A stretch of 64,000 nt of DNA from Candidatus Multivoradales bacterium (GTDB lineage: Bacteria; Acidobacteriota; Thermoanaerobaculia; Multivoradales; Multivoraceae), in NCBI GenBank assembly GCA_965223325.1, contig CBDCWI010000001.1, forward strand, positions 1,984,001-2,048,000, in the 5' to 3' direction. Below are positions 1-10,035 of the stretch, in pieces (the stretch's first letter is position 1; each line of letters opens with the position of its first letter). Position numbers and translations under genes: made by a program. The notes under the pieces were generated by a model. That model made no database searches. It was not told where the DNA came from and saw nothing but the letters and a program-made list of their open reading frames with translations.

Positions 1-3000
1 TCGGGCCTTCCGATTTCGAACCCGCCGAACTTCGAGACCACTTGCGGAGGTCTTCTGACTTCGGAACTTCCCTCCCCAGACGCAACCCTGTTCCTCGCGG
101 AGTTCGAGGGGTCGGATGTGCCAGGCGAGGAGGTCCTCGCAGCTGGTGAGAAGTGCACGATCGCCATTGACGTCGTGGCGACGGCACTTGGTGAGTTCCT
201 CGCGTCGTCGGGGAATCTGGCAGTGAAGCAGGGCTCGGACCCAGCCCTCCTGCTTTCTGGCTTTGCCTCTTCCTTTCTCGAGGTCGTGCCCCACCCGCTC
301 GTTCTGAACGTGGCATTCCTTGATGACCCAATCCCTCCGGACTTCAACACAGTCCTCCTCGAGTATCAGCTCCTCAACCTCGACAGCGAGGTCGCCATCA
401 CCGACATCACTTTCTCGAACGACCTCTCGCAGATGGCAGACGGCTTTAGCTTCGATGAAGTCGTTAGCATCACCTGCGATGCCCCCATTCCAACCCTCGG
501 GGACTCAACGATCACCGTTCGGGTGGCGACCCTGGCACCCAACGAGGACTGTCGCATTCGCTTCCGGCTTGGCGTGCCGAACGGGCTCGAGCCCACTGAC
601 GTCCTCTTGAACACCACCAGCGGAGCCGATGGAACCCGGGAAGGCTCAGCAGTCCTCGCAAGCCCGGCACAAGATCGGCTAGGAATTGTCCCCGGGCCGC
701 GGATGACTAAAGAGTTCCTCGACGACCCTGTCGCTCCAGGGGGCACCACAGAACTCGAATGGACGATCACCAACACCGCGAGCGACGCCGCGATCGACTC
801 GCTTTCTTTCAGCGATTTTTTCCCGGCTCCCCTGTCTACCGCTTCGGCCGTACCCGGAAACGACTGTTGTGGGATCGGTTCCACCTGCTCTTTCACTGCC
901 GGTAGCGCCAGCGAGCCCGCCACGTTTGAACTCGAAGACGGCCTCTTGCCCGCCGCCGGAAGTTGCACGTTTTCGGTGACGTTCGACGTTGAGGCCACCG
1001 CTGCGGGGGGCATTTACCCTTCGGTTGCCGGATGGGTTCGGGGCAGGGTCAATGGCGAGCTCCAGATCGGCGGCAACGCGCTGGCCGAAGTCGAGATCGT
1101 AGCGGCACCGCTGCTACTGAAGTCCTTCTCACCAGAGACTGTAGGGCCGGGTGATACAGCGACGCTCGAGTTCACCCTGACGCATTCACCAACGGCAACG
1201 GCCGATGCCACGGCCATCTCATTCTCCGACGACCTCGACGCGATGTTGAGCGGACTGACCGCAACCCTTCCTGCCTCACCAGACCCCCCATGCGGCGCAG
1301 GGTCGATGGTCACCGGGAGCTCAGCCCTCTCCTTCTCGGGCGCCACCCTCGCTCCGGGTGACAGCTGTACCTGGAGTGTGACCGTGAACGTGCCAGCGGC
1401 AGCGCCCGCAGGGACCTACACCAACACCACAAGCGCAGTGAGCTCGACCGTAGGCGGTCTGTCTACCAACTCGGTCGCCGCCAGCGCCGAACTCGAGGTG
1501 ACTGGGTTGCAGATCACCCATGATGTCCTCAACCAGCCGTTGTTGCCTGGCGAAGTTGGGACACTGCGTTTCACCTTCGCGAATCTGACTCCGGCGCAGT
1601 CGGTCTCGAGCATCGCTTTTGTCTATGACCTCGCGGCGGTGTTGCCGGAGAATCCTGACCTGACCTTGTCTGGATCTCTCCCGTCGATGCCGTGCGGCTT
1701 GACCTCGGCCCTGGCGCCGGGCGGTGGCGGCACGACAGTCAACCTGACCGATGGGAGCCTCGCCGTTGGGCAAGAGTGCACCTTCGAGTTCGACGTCCTC
1801 GTGCCACCAACGGCGCTGCCAGGGGCCTACCAGAGTTCCACCGGCTCCGTCTCTGCAACGATCGGCGCGAGCGCGGAAACCTTGGACGCCGCCGTGTCGC
1901 CTTTCACCGTTGACTCAAGGCGGCTCGAGCTCCAGCACGAGTCTTCAAGCGGTCCGGTTGCACCGGGCGAAGTGGTGACGGTTGATTTCTACCTGCGCAA
2001 TCAGGATGACGAGCAGGCGGTCTCGATGCTCAACTTCACAGTCGATCTTGCCAGCGTGATCGATGGAATGTCGGCCACCGGTCTGCCGATGTCGGCCTGT
2101 GGCGGCACCGTTTCCGGCACCTCGACCATCGACCTTACGGGTGGAAGTCTCGCGGCTTCGGGTGAGTGCTCGTTTGCTATTGACGTGATGGTGCCCGCGG
2201 GCGCCCAGAACGGCCTCTACTCCGTGTGGAGCAGTCCTCTTGCAGGCTTGGCGGGTGCTTTGCCCGTTGCGGGCGACCCCAGCCTGGCGGTCCTTCACGT
2301 GCTCGAGGCACTCGGTTTCGAGAGGTCGTTCGCCGGACCCGCGGCTCCGGGCGGCAGTGCCATGCTCACCTATTCGTTGAGCAACCCACGCGACGCGTCG
2401 GTGGCCGAGTTGACCTTCAGTGACAACCTCTTCGACCTGACAGCCGGCGCCATGGCGACCAACCTGCCTCTGAGCGGTCCGTGTGGCACGCTCTCGTCGG
2501 TCCGCGGCACGGATCAGGTTGCCCTCGTGCAAGGGAGTCTCGAGGCTTTCGCGAGTTGTTCATTCGATGTCGAAATCGGCGTACCAGCCGAAACGGCTGT
2601 CGGTCTCTACGAAAGCACTTCGACGGATCTCCTCGAGGACGGACTGTTCGCTGCGCCCGGCCCGAACGCACAGCTCACTGTGGTCGCCGGCGGCCCCCCC
2701 GGTTTCTCGAAGGCCTTTGAACCATCGATCGTCGAGCTGGGTCAGACGACGACGATGGTCTACACGGTCGATCACACCGGTGGCGTCGAGACAGCGAACT
2801 CGCTCGCGTTTCTCGATGTCCTGCCTTTGAGCCTTCTGGTCGCGACCGTACCGAACGCCGTCAACACGTGTGGCGGGTCGCTCGCGGCGACGCCAGCTGG
2901 TGATCGCGTCGAACTCACCGGCGGCTCGATCGCTCCTGGAAGTCGGTGCACGATTCAAGTCGACCTGCAACCATTGCTGATGGAAAGTTTCACGAGCACC

Positions 3001-3132
3001 AGCGGAGACCTGACTTCGAGTCTAGGCAACAGTGGCAGCGCAGAGGATACGGTGACCGTTGTCGAAGATGTCTTGTTTGTAGACGGCTTCGAGCTCGGCT
3101 CAGCGAACGAGTGGTCGAAGGCTGTGCCTTAG
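1..3132 (+). CDS. Large secreted/surface protein with tandem Ig-like repeats (DUF11/DUF7933-like); 5' end lies outside the window
   Basis: Frame is open from base 1 (SGLPISNPPNFETTCGG...). About 7-8 repeats of 'K.F....V.PG....L.FT..N...F.D.L...CG...G.L..G..C...V.V'. Ends DVLFVDGFELGSANEWSKAVP. Confidence 0.85.
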   Translation, partial: SGLPISNPPNFETTCGGLLTSELPSPDATLFLAEFEGSDVPGEEVLAAGEKCTIAIDVVATALGEFLASSGNLAVKQGSDPALLLSGFASSFLEVVPHPLVLNVAFLDDPIPPDFNTVLLEYQLLNLDSEVAITDITFSNDLSQMADGFSFDEVVSITCDAPIPTLGDSTITVRVATLAPNEDCRIRFRLGVPNGLEPTDVLLNTTSGADGTREGSAVLASPAQDRLGIVPGPRMTKEFLDDPVAPGGTTELEWTITNTASDAAIDSLSFSDFFPAPLSTASAVPGNDCCGIGSTCSFTAGSASEPATFELEDGLLPAAGSCTFSVTFDVEATAAGGIYPSVAGWVRGRVNGELQIGGNALAEVEIVAAPLLLKSFSPETVGPGDTATLEFTLTHSPTATADATAISFSDDLDAMLSGLTATLPASPDPPCGAGSMVTGSSALSFSGATLAPGDSCTWSVTVNVPAAAPAGTYTNTTSAVSSTVGGLSTNSVAASAELEVTGLQITHDVLNQPLLPGEVGTLRFTFANLTPAQSVSSIAFVYDLAAVLPENPDLTLSGSLPSMPCGLTSALAPGGGGTTVNLTDGSLAVGQECTFEFDVLVPPTALPGAYQSSTGSVSATIGASAETLDAAVSPFTVDSRRLELQHESSSGPVAPGEVVTVDFYLRNQDDEQAVSMLNFTVDLASVIDGMSATGLPMSACGGTVSGTSTIDLTGGSLAASGECSFAIDVMVPAGAQNGLYSVWSSPLAGLAGALPVAGDPSLAVLHVLEALGFERSFAGPAAPGGSAMLTYSLSNPRDASVAELTFSDNLFDLTAGAMATNLPLSGPCGTLSSVRGTDQVALVQGSLEAFASCSFDVEIGVPAETAVGLYESTSTDLLEDGLFAAPGPNAQLTVVAGGPPGFSKAFEPSIVELGQTTTMVYTVDHTGGVETANSLAFLDVLPLSLLVATVPNAVNTCGGSLAATPAGDRVELTGGSIAPGSRCTIQVDLQPLLMESFTSTSGDLTSSLGNSGSAEDTVTVVEDVLFVDGFELGSANEWSKAVP

Positions 3133-3391
3133 GAGAGCCCCGGTCGCGCCAAGCGCGCACATCGCCACCGCCTTCATGAACACTACGGGCAACTTCCTGG
3201 ACGCCGGCGACCCGTAACTGCATCAAGTCTTCCAAGGGCATCCGTGATCACTTCGCGAGGGATCTTCTTTGCGGCGTATGCCACAAACCCGCAGGAGTGT
3301 GCCGACAGGATCTCCTGGGGCGCAGGGGCCCGGGGAGTTGACAGGGTGATGGAACTATAGTGACCGCACCGCTCCACTCAGGGGACACACC

Positions 3392-4603
3392 ATCTCGACC
3401 TATTCCTCTCCCTCGCCGACTCGCGATGAATTCCACCGGCGCTTCGACGCCATCGACGTAGCCGAAATGCGCCGCGCAAAGCGCATCAAGTGGAGTCGCG
3501 ATGAGGGCGACGTGCTGCCGGCCTGGGTTGCCGACATGGACTTTCCGGTCTCGCCGGCGATCCAGGCGGTGGTCTCCGAGTTCGTCGAGCGCTCCGACCT
3601 TGGATACCACCGGCTGCCGATTCCAAGACGACTGCGTGCCGCTTTCGTCGAGCGCATGAGCACACACTTCGACTGGCATATCGAGGGCGGGACCTGGCCA
3701 CTGGTCAATGTCGTCCAGGGTCTCGACGCGGCCATCCTTCTCCACAGCGAGAAGGGAGACGGCGCCGTTTTGCAAACGCCGATCTACGCGCCTTTCCAGC
3801 ACGCCGTCGACGGTACCGGCCGCGAACGCATCGACTGCCCGCTGGTGCGCTCGGCTGAAGGCTGGGAGATCGATTTCGACCACCTCGCCCACCGTCTCGA
3901 AACCGCCCGTTGCACTCCCCGGATCTTCATGTTGTGCAACCCGCACAACCCCACCGGCCGTGTCCTGACGCGCGTTGAACTCGAGGGCATCGCCGAGCTA
4001 GCGGCAAAACATGACCTGGTGGTGATCAGCGACGAGATCTGGCAAGACCTTCTCTTCGATGGCCGCAGGCATCAGGTGTTCGCCAATCTCGCTCCAGAGG
4101 TCCAGGAGCGCACGATCACACTGACTTCGCCGTCCAAGGGCTTCAACACCGCCGGGCTGCCCTTCGCGATGGCAGTCTTCGGCTCGGAGCGCCTGCGGGC
4201 GCCGTTTCGGACCATGGCGCCGCACCTCATGGGACACGGCGGGATTCTCGGCACCGAAGCGACGATCGCCGCCTGGACTGCCAGCGACGACTGGTTGGCA
4301 GCGGTGGTGTCGTATCTCGAGGGAAACCGTCGCTTCATCGGTGAGTTTCTGGCGGCCCACCTGCCCGGGGTCGATTGGCGCTCGCCAGACGCCACGTACG
4401 TCGCCTGGCTCGACCTCAACGCCTACGGCCTGGGCGAGAACCCCGCCGAATGGCTGCTCGAGAACGCCCGCATTGCCCTGTCACCCGGTCCTGACTTCGG
4501 ACCGCCCGGTGCCGGTTGCGCTCGGCTGAACTTCGCGACCTCGCGCGGAATTCTCGGCCAGATCCTCGAACGCATGGCCGAGGCACTCTCCGGGATCGGC
4601 TAA
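3392..4603 (+). CDS. MalY/PatB-family PLP-dependent cystathionine beta-lyase/aminotransferase (start uncertain: ATC 3392 or ATG 3467)
   Basis: Motifs KW..., WVADMDF, LCNPHNPTGRV, SDEIW, SPSKGFN, ARLNFAT. A conserved-looking 'FDAID' lies in frame upstream of the first ATG. Confidence 0.9.
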   Translation: MSTYSSPSPTRDEFHRRFDAIDVAEMRRAKRIKWSRDEGDVLPAWVADMDFPVSPAIQAVVSEFVERSDLGYHRLPIPRRLRAAFVERMSTHFDWHIEGGTWPLVNVVQGLDAAILLHSEKGDGAVLQTPIYAPFQHAVDGTGRERIDCPLVRSAEGWEIDFDHLAHRLETARCTPRIFMLCNPHNPTGRVLTRVELEGIAELAAKHDLVVISDEIWQDLLFDGRRHQVFANLAPEVQERTITLTSPSKGFNTAGLPFAMAVFGSERLRAPFRTMAPHLMGHGGILGTEATIAAWTASDDWLAAVVSYLEGNRRFIGEFLAAHLPGVDWRSPDATYVAWLDLNAYGLGENPAEWLLENARIALSPGPDFGPPGAGCARLNFATSRGILGQILERMAEALSGIG

Positions 4604-4692
4604 GCCCACGGTCTGGGACGAGCGTGGGGCGAGAGCCGCAACTCGCGCAGCCGGTACGAGTACCCTCAAGGCTTCCCTTCGGAGGATCTCTC

Positions 4693-7155
4693 ATGCAGCG
4701 AGTGACAGAACTCTTGACCGAAACACGTCTTGCGCTCCGTCGACTGAGGCGTAGCCCACTGTCGACGGCGGTTGTCCTGGCCGTCCTGGCGGTCGGCATT
4801 GGGACAAACGTTGCGATCTTTGCCGTCGTCGCTTCGGTGTGGGGGCACGTCCTACCCTACGACGATCCGGCGCGCATCGTGATGCTCTGGGAGGATCAAT
4901 CGGAACGCGGAGGAACCTCGCGCTCACCGGTTGCTGGTGCCAACTTCGTCGACTGGCGCGAAGCCAGTGGCGACCTGTTCGTCGAACTGGCGGCGTCGCG
5001 CAACGAGAGTCGCCGCCTCACCGGCCTCGAGCAACCGGTGGTGCCGCTCACCCACGCGGTGACCGACAACTACTTCGAGCTCCTCGGCGCGCGCCCGCAC
5101 CTCGGTCGCCTGCTCGAACCGGGCGAGAACGAGAGCGAAGGCTCACCGGTCGTCGTCAGCTACGGCCTCTGGCAGAGTGCTCTCGGCGGGCGTGCCGACG
5201 TCGTGGGCTCGGTCCTCCAGCTCGACGGGCAGCCTCACACGGTCGTCGGGGTCATGTCGCCCGACTTCTACAGCCGTCACCAGTTCGAGGTCCAGCCCGA
5301 CCTCTGGAGTCCCGCCACCGATGTCATCCAGGGGACAGAGCTCCGTCGCGACCGCCGCGACCTGACCGTCTTCGGCCGACTTGCACCGGGTGCCACCCTG
5401 GGAGCTGCCAAGGCACGAATGAAAGACATCGGCAGTCGCTTGGCCCGCACCTATCCCGACACCAACGAGGGCTGGAACATCGCCGTCGTTGGGTTGCGTG
5501 ACGACATCGTCGGCCCGATGCGCAGCACCTTCGTTCTGCTGCTCCTGGCGGCCGGAGCGGTTCTGCTGCTCGCCGCGGTCAACATCACCAACCTCATGTT
5601 GGCGCGCGCAGCGCAGCGCCAGCGCGAGCTGTCTCTAGAAAGCGCCCTCGGCGCCAGCCGCGCGCGCCTGGTGCGCAGCTCGGTAGTCGAGAGTCTGGTC
5701 CTCGCCTTCCTCGGGGGCGGCCTCGGCCTGGTTCTGGGTGCCGCGCTGACCCCGCTCCTCCGCGGCGCCATTCCCTTGAGCGCCGGAGTACCGTTTCTCG
5801 ACTCGATCAGCCTGGACGGGCGCGTGGTTGTAGCAGCGGCTGTCGCCACGTTGTTGACGGTCACGGTGTTCGGGCTGGTTCCCGCCCTGCGCGCGGCGTC
5901 TACCCAACCCGTAAGCCTGCTCGCCGGAGGGTCGACCCGAACCGGGCAGGACAGGGCCTCAACCCGGCGTGGCGGCCTGCTGATCGTTGCCGAGGTCGCA
6001 ATGGCGGTCGTGCTCATTTCAGCCGCTGGGCTCCTGTTGCAGAGCTTCCTCGCCCTGCGCGCCTTCGAGCCGGGAATCAACACCGTCAACACACTCACCA
6101 TCCGCAACTCGCTGCGCGGCCCAACCATGCTGGACGTCGACCGGCGCATCGACCACTTCCGAACGGTGGTTGATGACCTCGAAGCGCTTCCCGAGATCGA
6201 ATCGGCAGCAGCGGCGAGTTTCGCTCCACCTCTCGTAGGGGGCTTCTTCAATCGCTTCACCGCCACGGGTGTCGCAGAGGAGATCGGCGAGGAACCGCAA
6301 GCCTTGACCGTCTCGGTGACGGCTGGCTACTTCGAAACCCTCGAAGTCGAACTGCTCGCCGGCCGGTTCTTCGACACCCGGGATCGGGCAGACACCACCC
6401 CGGTGGCGATCGTCAGCGAAGCGCTCGCCCGGCGCTACTTCGACGGTCACGAGGCCATCGGGCAAAGCATCACTCTTGCCTCCGACGTACGGCCCGTCCT
6501 CGGCCCAGGCATCGAGAGACGCATCGTTGGCGTGGTCGGCGACGTGATGGGCGGCGGGCTCGACCCGCTTCCGCATCCAACGATCTACTTCGTGCACCCG
6601 CAGACACCATTCCCGATCATGACCTTCGTGATGAAGGCGGCCATCGACACCGATACTGCTGGGCAACGCGCCGAGGCTCTGATTTGGAGTCGCTCAGCAG
6701 AGGGCAACGTCTATGCCCGCAAGTCAATGGCCCAACGAATCGCCGACACACGCTGGCAGGCCGACCTCGCGACCCTGTTGCTCGGCTGCTTTGCAGTTCT
6801 CTCGTTGCTGCTCGGAACTGCCGGGATCTTCGCCGTCGTTTCCTACTCGGTGGCCACTCGGGTTCGCGAAATGGGAATTCGCAAGGCCTTCGGTGCGAGC
6901 GCCGGTGGCCTGCGTCAGCTGGTTCTCGGTCGCATCGCGACCTGGGCACTTCTGGGCATCGCCCTCGGCATCCTGTTTGCCCTGGCTAGCGGACACCTAC
7001 TCGAGGGGCTGTTGTTCGGCGTCCACTCGCGTGATCCCAGGACCTTCGCCCTGGTTGGGGTGCTGATGCTCCTGGCAGCCGTGGTCGCGGCCTGGCTTCC
7101 GGCAGAGCGCGCGGCGCGCATCGAACCCGCCACAGCTTTGCGACGTGACGACTGA
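4693..7155 (+). CDS. ADOP-type duplicated ABC permease (MacB-PCD/FtsX x2)
   Basis: LAVGIGTNVAIF, NLMLARAAQRQRE..ALGASRARL, LIVAEVAMAVVL, SYSVATRVREMGIRKAFGA, PAERAARIEPATALR. GGAGG SD before ATG 4693. Confidence 0.9.
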   Translation: MQRVTELLTETRLALRRLRRSPLSTAVVLAVLAVGIGTNVAIFAVVASVWGHVLPYDDPARIVMLWEDQSERGGTSRSPVAGANFVDWREASGDLFVELAASRNESRRLTGLEQPVVPLTHAVTDNYFELLGARPHLGRLLEPGENESEGSPVVVSYGLWQSALGGRADVVGSVLQLDGQPHTVVGVMSPDFYSRHQFEVQPDLWSPATDVIQGTELRRDRRDLTVFGRLAPGATLGAAKARMKDIGSRLARTYPDTNEGWNIAVVGLRDDIVGPMRSTFVLLLLAAGAVLLLAAVNITNLMLARAAQRQRELSLESALGASRARLVRSSVVESLVLAFLGGGLGLVLGAALTPLLRGAIPLSAGVPFLDSISLDGRVVVAAAVATLLTVTVFGLVPALRAASTQPVSLLAGGSTRTGQDRASTRRGGLLIVAEVAMAVVLISAAGLLLQSFLALRAFEPGINTVNTLTIRNSLRGPTMLDVDRRIDHFRTVVDDLEALPEIESAAAASFAPPLVGGFFNRFTATGVAEEIGEEPQALTVSVTAGYFETLEVELLAGRFFDTRDRADTTPVAIVSEALARRYFDGHEAIGQSITLASDVRPVLGPGIERRIVGVVGDVMGGGLDPLPHPTIYFVHPQTPFPIMTFVMKAAIDTDTAGQRAEALIWSRSAEGNVYARKSMAQRIADTRWQADLATLLLGCFAVLSLLLGTAGIFAVVSYSVATRVREMGIRKAFGASAGGLRQLVLGRIATWALLGIALGILFALASGHLLEGLLFGVHSRDPRTFALVGVLMLLAAVVAAWLPAERAARIEPATALRRDD

Positions 7156-7170
7156 CTGTTTCTGGGTGCC

Positions 7171-7326
7171 CACGCCAGGGCCTCGCTAGATGTCTAGAAC
7201 CCTGAGTCTCGTGCGGACGTAATCAAATCTCCCGGTGGAAGGTTCTAGGCATCGAGGCGCAGCGCGAAGCGCTGCTTGCCGGGAGGCACCTGGCCGAGGA
7301 GCACTAAAACACGCGGCCCTCGCTAG
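7171..7326. repeat. Intergenic CTAG-rich palindromic (REP/MITE-like) cluster
   Basis: GATGTCTAGAACC (7189-7201) pairs with GGTTCTAGGCATC (7241-7253). GCAGCGC-GAA-GCGCTGC hairpin. Two copies of CCTCGCTAG, a motif also found in the 22.5-kb array. Confidence 0.55.
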
Positions 7327-7364
7327 CGGTAGTCTGTCGCCATCCACAAAAAGAACCTCCGAGG

Positions 7365-8198
7365 ATGGCAACCATGTCTGACTGGCTCGCAACGGGCACC
7401 GATCACCTTCTCGCAACCCTCCAGAACGGCGTTGCGACCCTGACCCTCAACCGACCCGAGGCGCGCAACGCGATGTCGGGTGAGATGAACGCCGCCCTGG
7501 CGACAACCCTGGCTGCTGTCGAACTCGATCCAGAGGTCAAGTGTGTCGTTCTAACCGGCGCCGGCAAGGGCTTCTGTGCCGGCGGCGACGTCAAAGGCAT
7601 GGCTGCCAAGGGTGACGGCACAGTGGGTGAACAAACCATCGACGAAGCGATCGCCCGTCAGCGTGTCAACCAACGGGCAACGGCCGGCAAGCTCTGGACG
7701 ATGCCCAAGCCCACCATCGCGGCGCTGCCGGGCGCAGCTGCCGGCGCCGGTCTCGCGCTGGCTCTGGCCTGCGATCTGCGCATCATGTCGAGCACGGCGT
7801 TTCTGACCACCGCCTTCGCACGTGTTGGCTTCTCGGGCGACTACGGTGGCAGCTACTTCATGACCCAGCTGGTCGGTTCGGCAAAAGCGAAAGAGCTCTA
7901 CTTCCTCTCCGAGCGCATCAAAGCCAAGAAGGCACTGCGACTTGGGCTCACGAACTGGGTCTGTGAACCCGAAGACCTGGCTGGGCGCACTACCGAAATC
8001 GCCGAGCGCATCGCCAGTGGCCCCACCGTCGCCCTCCGCTACATGAAAGAGAACCTGAACCGGGCCGCTTCCGGTGATGTCTTCGAGTGCCTCGATCTCG
8101 AGGCCACCCACCACATTCACTGTGGACAGACCGATGATCACCGCCAGGCCGTGCAAGCCTTCGTCGAGAAAAGAGAACCCACCTTCGCGGGCCGCTGA
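7365..8198 (+). CDS. Enoyl-CoA hydratase/isomerase (crotonase family, PaaG-like)
   Basis: LTLNRPEARNA, FCAGGDV, AAGAGLALALACD, AFARVGFSGDYG, AFVEKREPTF. Confidence 0.92.
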   Translation: MATMSDWLATGTDHLLATLQNGVATLTLNRPEARNAMSGEMNAALATTLAAVELDPEVKCVVLTGAGKGFCAGGDVKGMAAKGDGTVGEQTIDEAIARQRVNQRATAGKLWTMPKPTIAALPGAAAGAGLALALACDLRIMSSTAFLTTAFARVGFSGDYGGSYFMTQLVGSAKAKELYFLSERIKAKKALRLGLTNWVCEPEDLAGRTTEIAERIASGPTVALRYMKENLNRAASGDVFECLDLEATHHIHCGQTDDHRQAVQAFVEKREPTFAGR

Positions 8199-8248
8199 CC
8201 GGCGCACCCGGCGACCACTTTCCTTCAACTCGAATCCTGGAGAACTTC

Positions 8249-9862
8249 ATGCCTGCTTCGATCGAAACCAACCCAACCGCCGACACAGAGGCTCTCAGCT
8301 CGCGCCGCACCTTCTTGCAGAGCGGCACGGCCCTCGCCACTCTCTCGGCGACCGGCCTGCTCACCCCAGCCTGCCGCAAGCGCAGCGATCCAGAAGCTGG
8401 ACCAGGCGCAGACGAGGCCGCGACCAGCAGCGGCTCAGAGCTCGCCGGCCTTGACGGCACCGCCCTTGCCGACATGCTGCGCACCAAGGAGATCTCGGCC
8501 ACCGAGTTGCTCGAGGACGTGCTGGCACGCGTCGAGCGCGTCAACCCCGAGATCAACGCGGTCCTTCTCGATCTCTTCGATCCCGAGGTCGCAGTCGCGC
8601 ACGCTGCAGCCTTCGATCGCGGCGAAGGAGGAACCGGTCATCTCGCCGGCGTTCCGGTCATGCTCAAGAACCTGACAGCGTACAAAGACGCCCGCATCGA
8701 CCACGGCTCGCGCTTGATCTCGAGAGCGATCGCTGAGCACGGGCCGCAGGTGACTGAGAACTCCCCGCTGGTCGACGCGATGGAACGATCGGGGATGATC
8801 ATCGCCGGCATCACCAGCTCGCCCGAGTTCGGGCTCATCGACACCACCGAACCCGTCCTGCACGGCCCGACACGCAACCCCTGGAACCTGAACCGCACTG
8901 CGGGCGGTTCGAGTGGCGGATCCGGCGCTGCTGTCGCCGCTGGGATCGTCCCGTTGGGCCATGGTGACGACGGCGGCGGCTCGATTCGCCTACCTGCCTC
9001 TCAGTGCGGAGTCTTCGGTCTCAAGCCGACCCGCGGCCGCGAGCTGGGTAGCCAGACTGGGGTGCTGGCCATTGCGAACGCCCTTTGTTTGAGCCGCTCC
9101 GTGCGCGACACTGCTGCTTTCCTCGATCACGTCGAGGTCAAAGACCGCTCCGAGCTGCCACCGGTAGGTTTCGTAGCCCGTAGCGAGCAGCCCGCGCTGC
9201 GGATCGGGCTCATGAAGGAGGCTCTGCATGGCCGGCCCGCCCACAGGGAAGTCCAGAACGCAATGACCCACACCGCCGCCTTGTGCGAACAGCTTGGGCA
9301 CACGGTCACCGAAATCGCCCTGCCGATCGACGGAACCGAGTTCATAGATGCCTTCATTGGTCTGTGGGCTGCAAGCACGGTCCCGTTCGCCCAACTCGCA
9401 GAAGAAATGCTCGGACCGGAGATCCAACTCGAAGATGTCCTGGAACCCTGGACGCTCGGTCTGATGGCGATGGGCAACGAACGTGGGCCGGAGGCGTGCA
9501 GTGAACGCGCCACCTCGGTCTTCATCAAGGCGCGCGTCGCCTTCGACGCATTGTTTTCAGAGTACGACGTCATCCTCCAGCCTGTCCTCCTCGAACCGCC
9601 CTACGAGATCGGCTGGCACGACCCGGCAGGCGACTTCGAGGTCATCTACGAGCGGGTGCTGAACGATGTCTCCTTCACTCCTCTACACAACGCACTCGGC
9701 ACACCGGCAATGTCGGTGCCGATTCACTGGACTGCCGATGGTCTGCCCGTCGGCAGCCAGTTCGCGGCACAGCGGGGTGGCGAAGCAACCCTGCTCCAAC
9801 TCGCCTACGCCCTCGAAGAGGCAACCGAGTGGGCAAAGCGTCGGCCGCCGGTCTTTGCCTGA
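8249..9862 (+). CDS. Amidase-signature enzyme with Tat signal, possible lipoprotein
   Basis: SRRTFL Tat motif, LTPAC lipobox-like site, [34 protein letters not shown]. Confidence 0.92.
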   Translation: MPASIETNPTADTEALSSRRTFLQSGTALATLSATGLLTPACRKRSDPEAGPGADEAATSSGSELAGLDGTALADMLRTKEISATELLEDVLARVERVNPEINAVLLDLFDPEVAVAHAAAFDRGEGGTGHLAGVPVMLKNLTAYKDARIDHGSRLISRAIAEHGPQVTENSPLVDAMERSGMIIAGITSSPEFGLIDTTEPVLHGPTRNPWNLNRTAGGSSGGSGAAVAAGIVPLGHGDDGGGSIRLPASQCGVFGLKPTRGRELGSQTGVLAIANALCLSRSVRDTAAFLDHVEVKDRSELPPVGFVARSEQPALRIGLMKEALHGRPAHREVQNAMTHTAALCEQLGHTVTEIALPIDGTEFIDAFIGLWAASTVPFAQLAEEMLGPEIQLEDVLEPWTLGLMAMGNERGPEACSERATSVFIKARVAFDALFSEYDVILQPVLLEPPYEIGWHDPAGDFEVIYERVLNDVSFTPLHNALGTPAMSVPIHWTADGLPVGSQFAAQRGGEATLLQLAYALEEATEWAKRRPPVFA

Positions 9863-9869
9863 GGATCGC

Positions 9870-10035
9870 CTAGTACCCCGTACCCTTGAAACGGATAGTG
9901 GCTGAGCGGATGATCGTGCTCGAGATCAAGGCGTCACGACGCAGGCATATTGGTGATCTGTCGAGGAGTGACAACACAGAGATCGAGCGCGAGGACCGCG
10001 CAGACGCTGTGAGTTTCAATGGTACGGGGTACTAG
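9870..10035. mobile_element. 166-bp non-autonomous MITE-like element bounded by CTAG
   Basis: CTAGTACCCCGTACCCTTGAAAC (9870-9892) and GTTTCAATGGTACGGGGTACTAG (10013-10035) are 23-nt inverted repeats with 1 mismatch. No credible ORF inside. Lies between convergent genes. Confidence 0.75.

Noticed and set aside
3338-3361. Sigma70 promoter TTGACA...TATAGT
   Set aside because: The spacer is only 12 nt.
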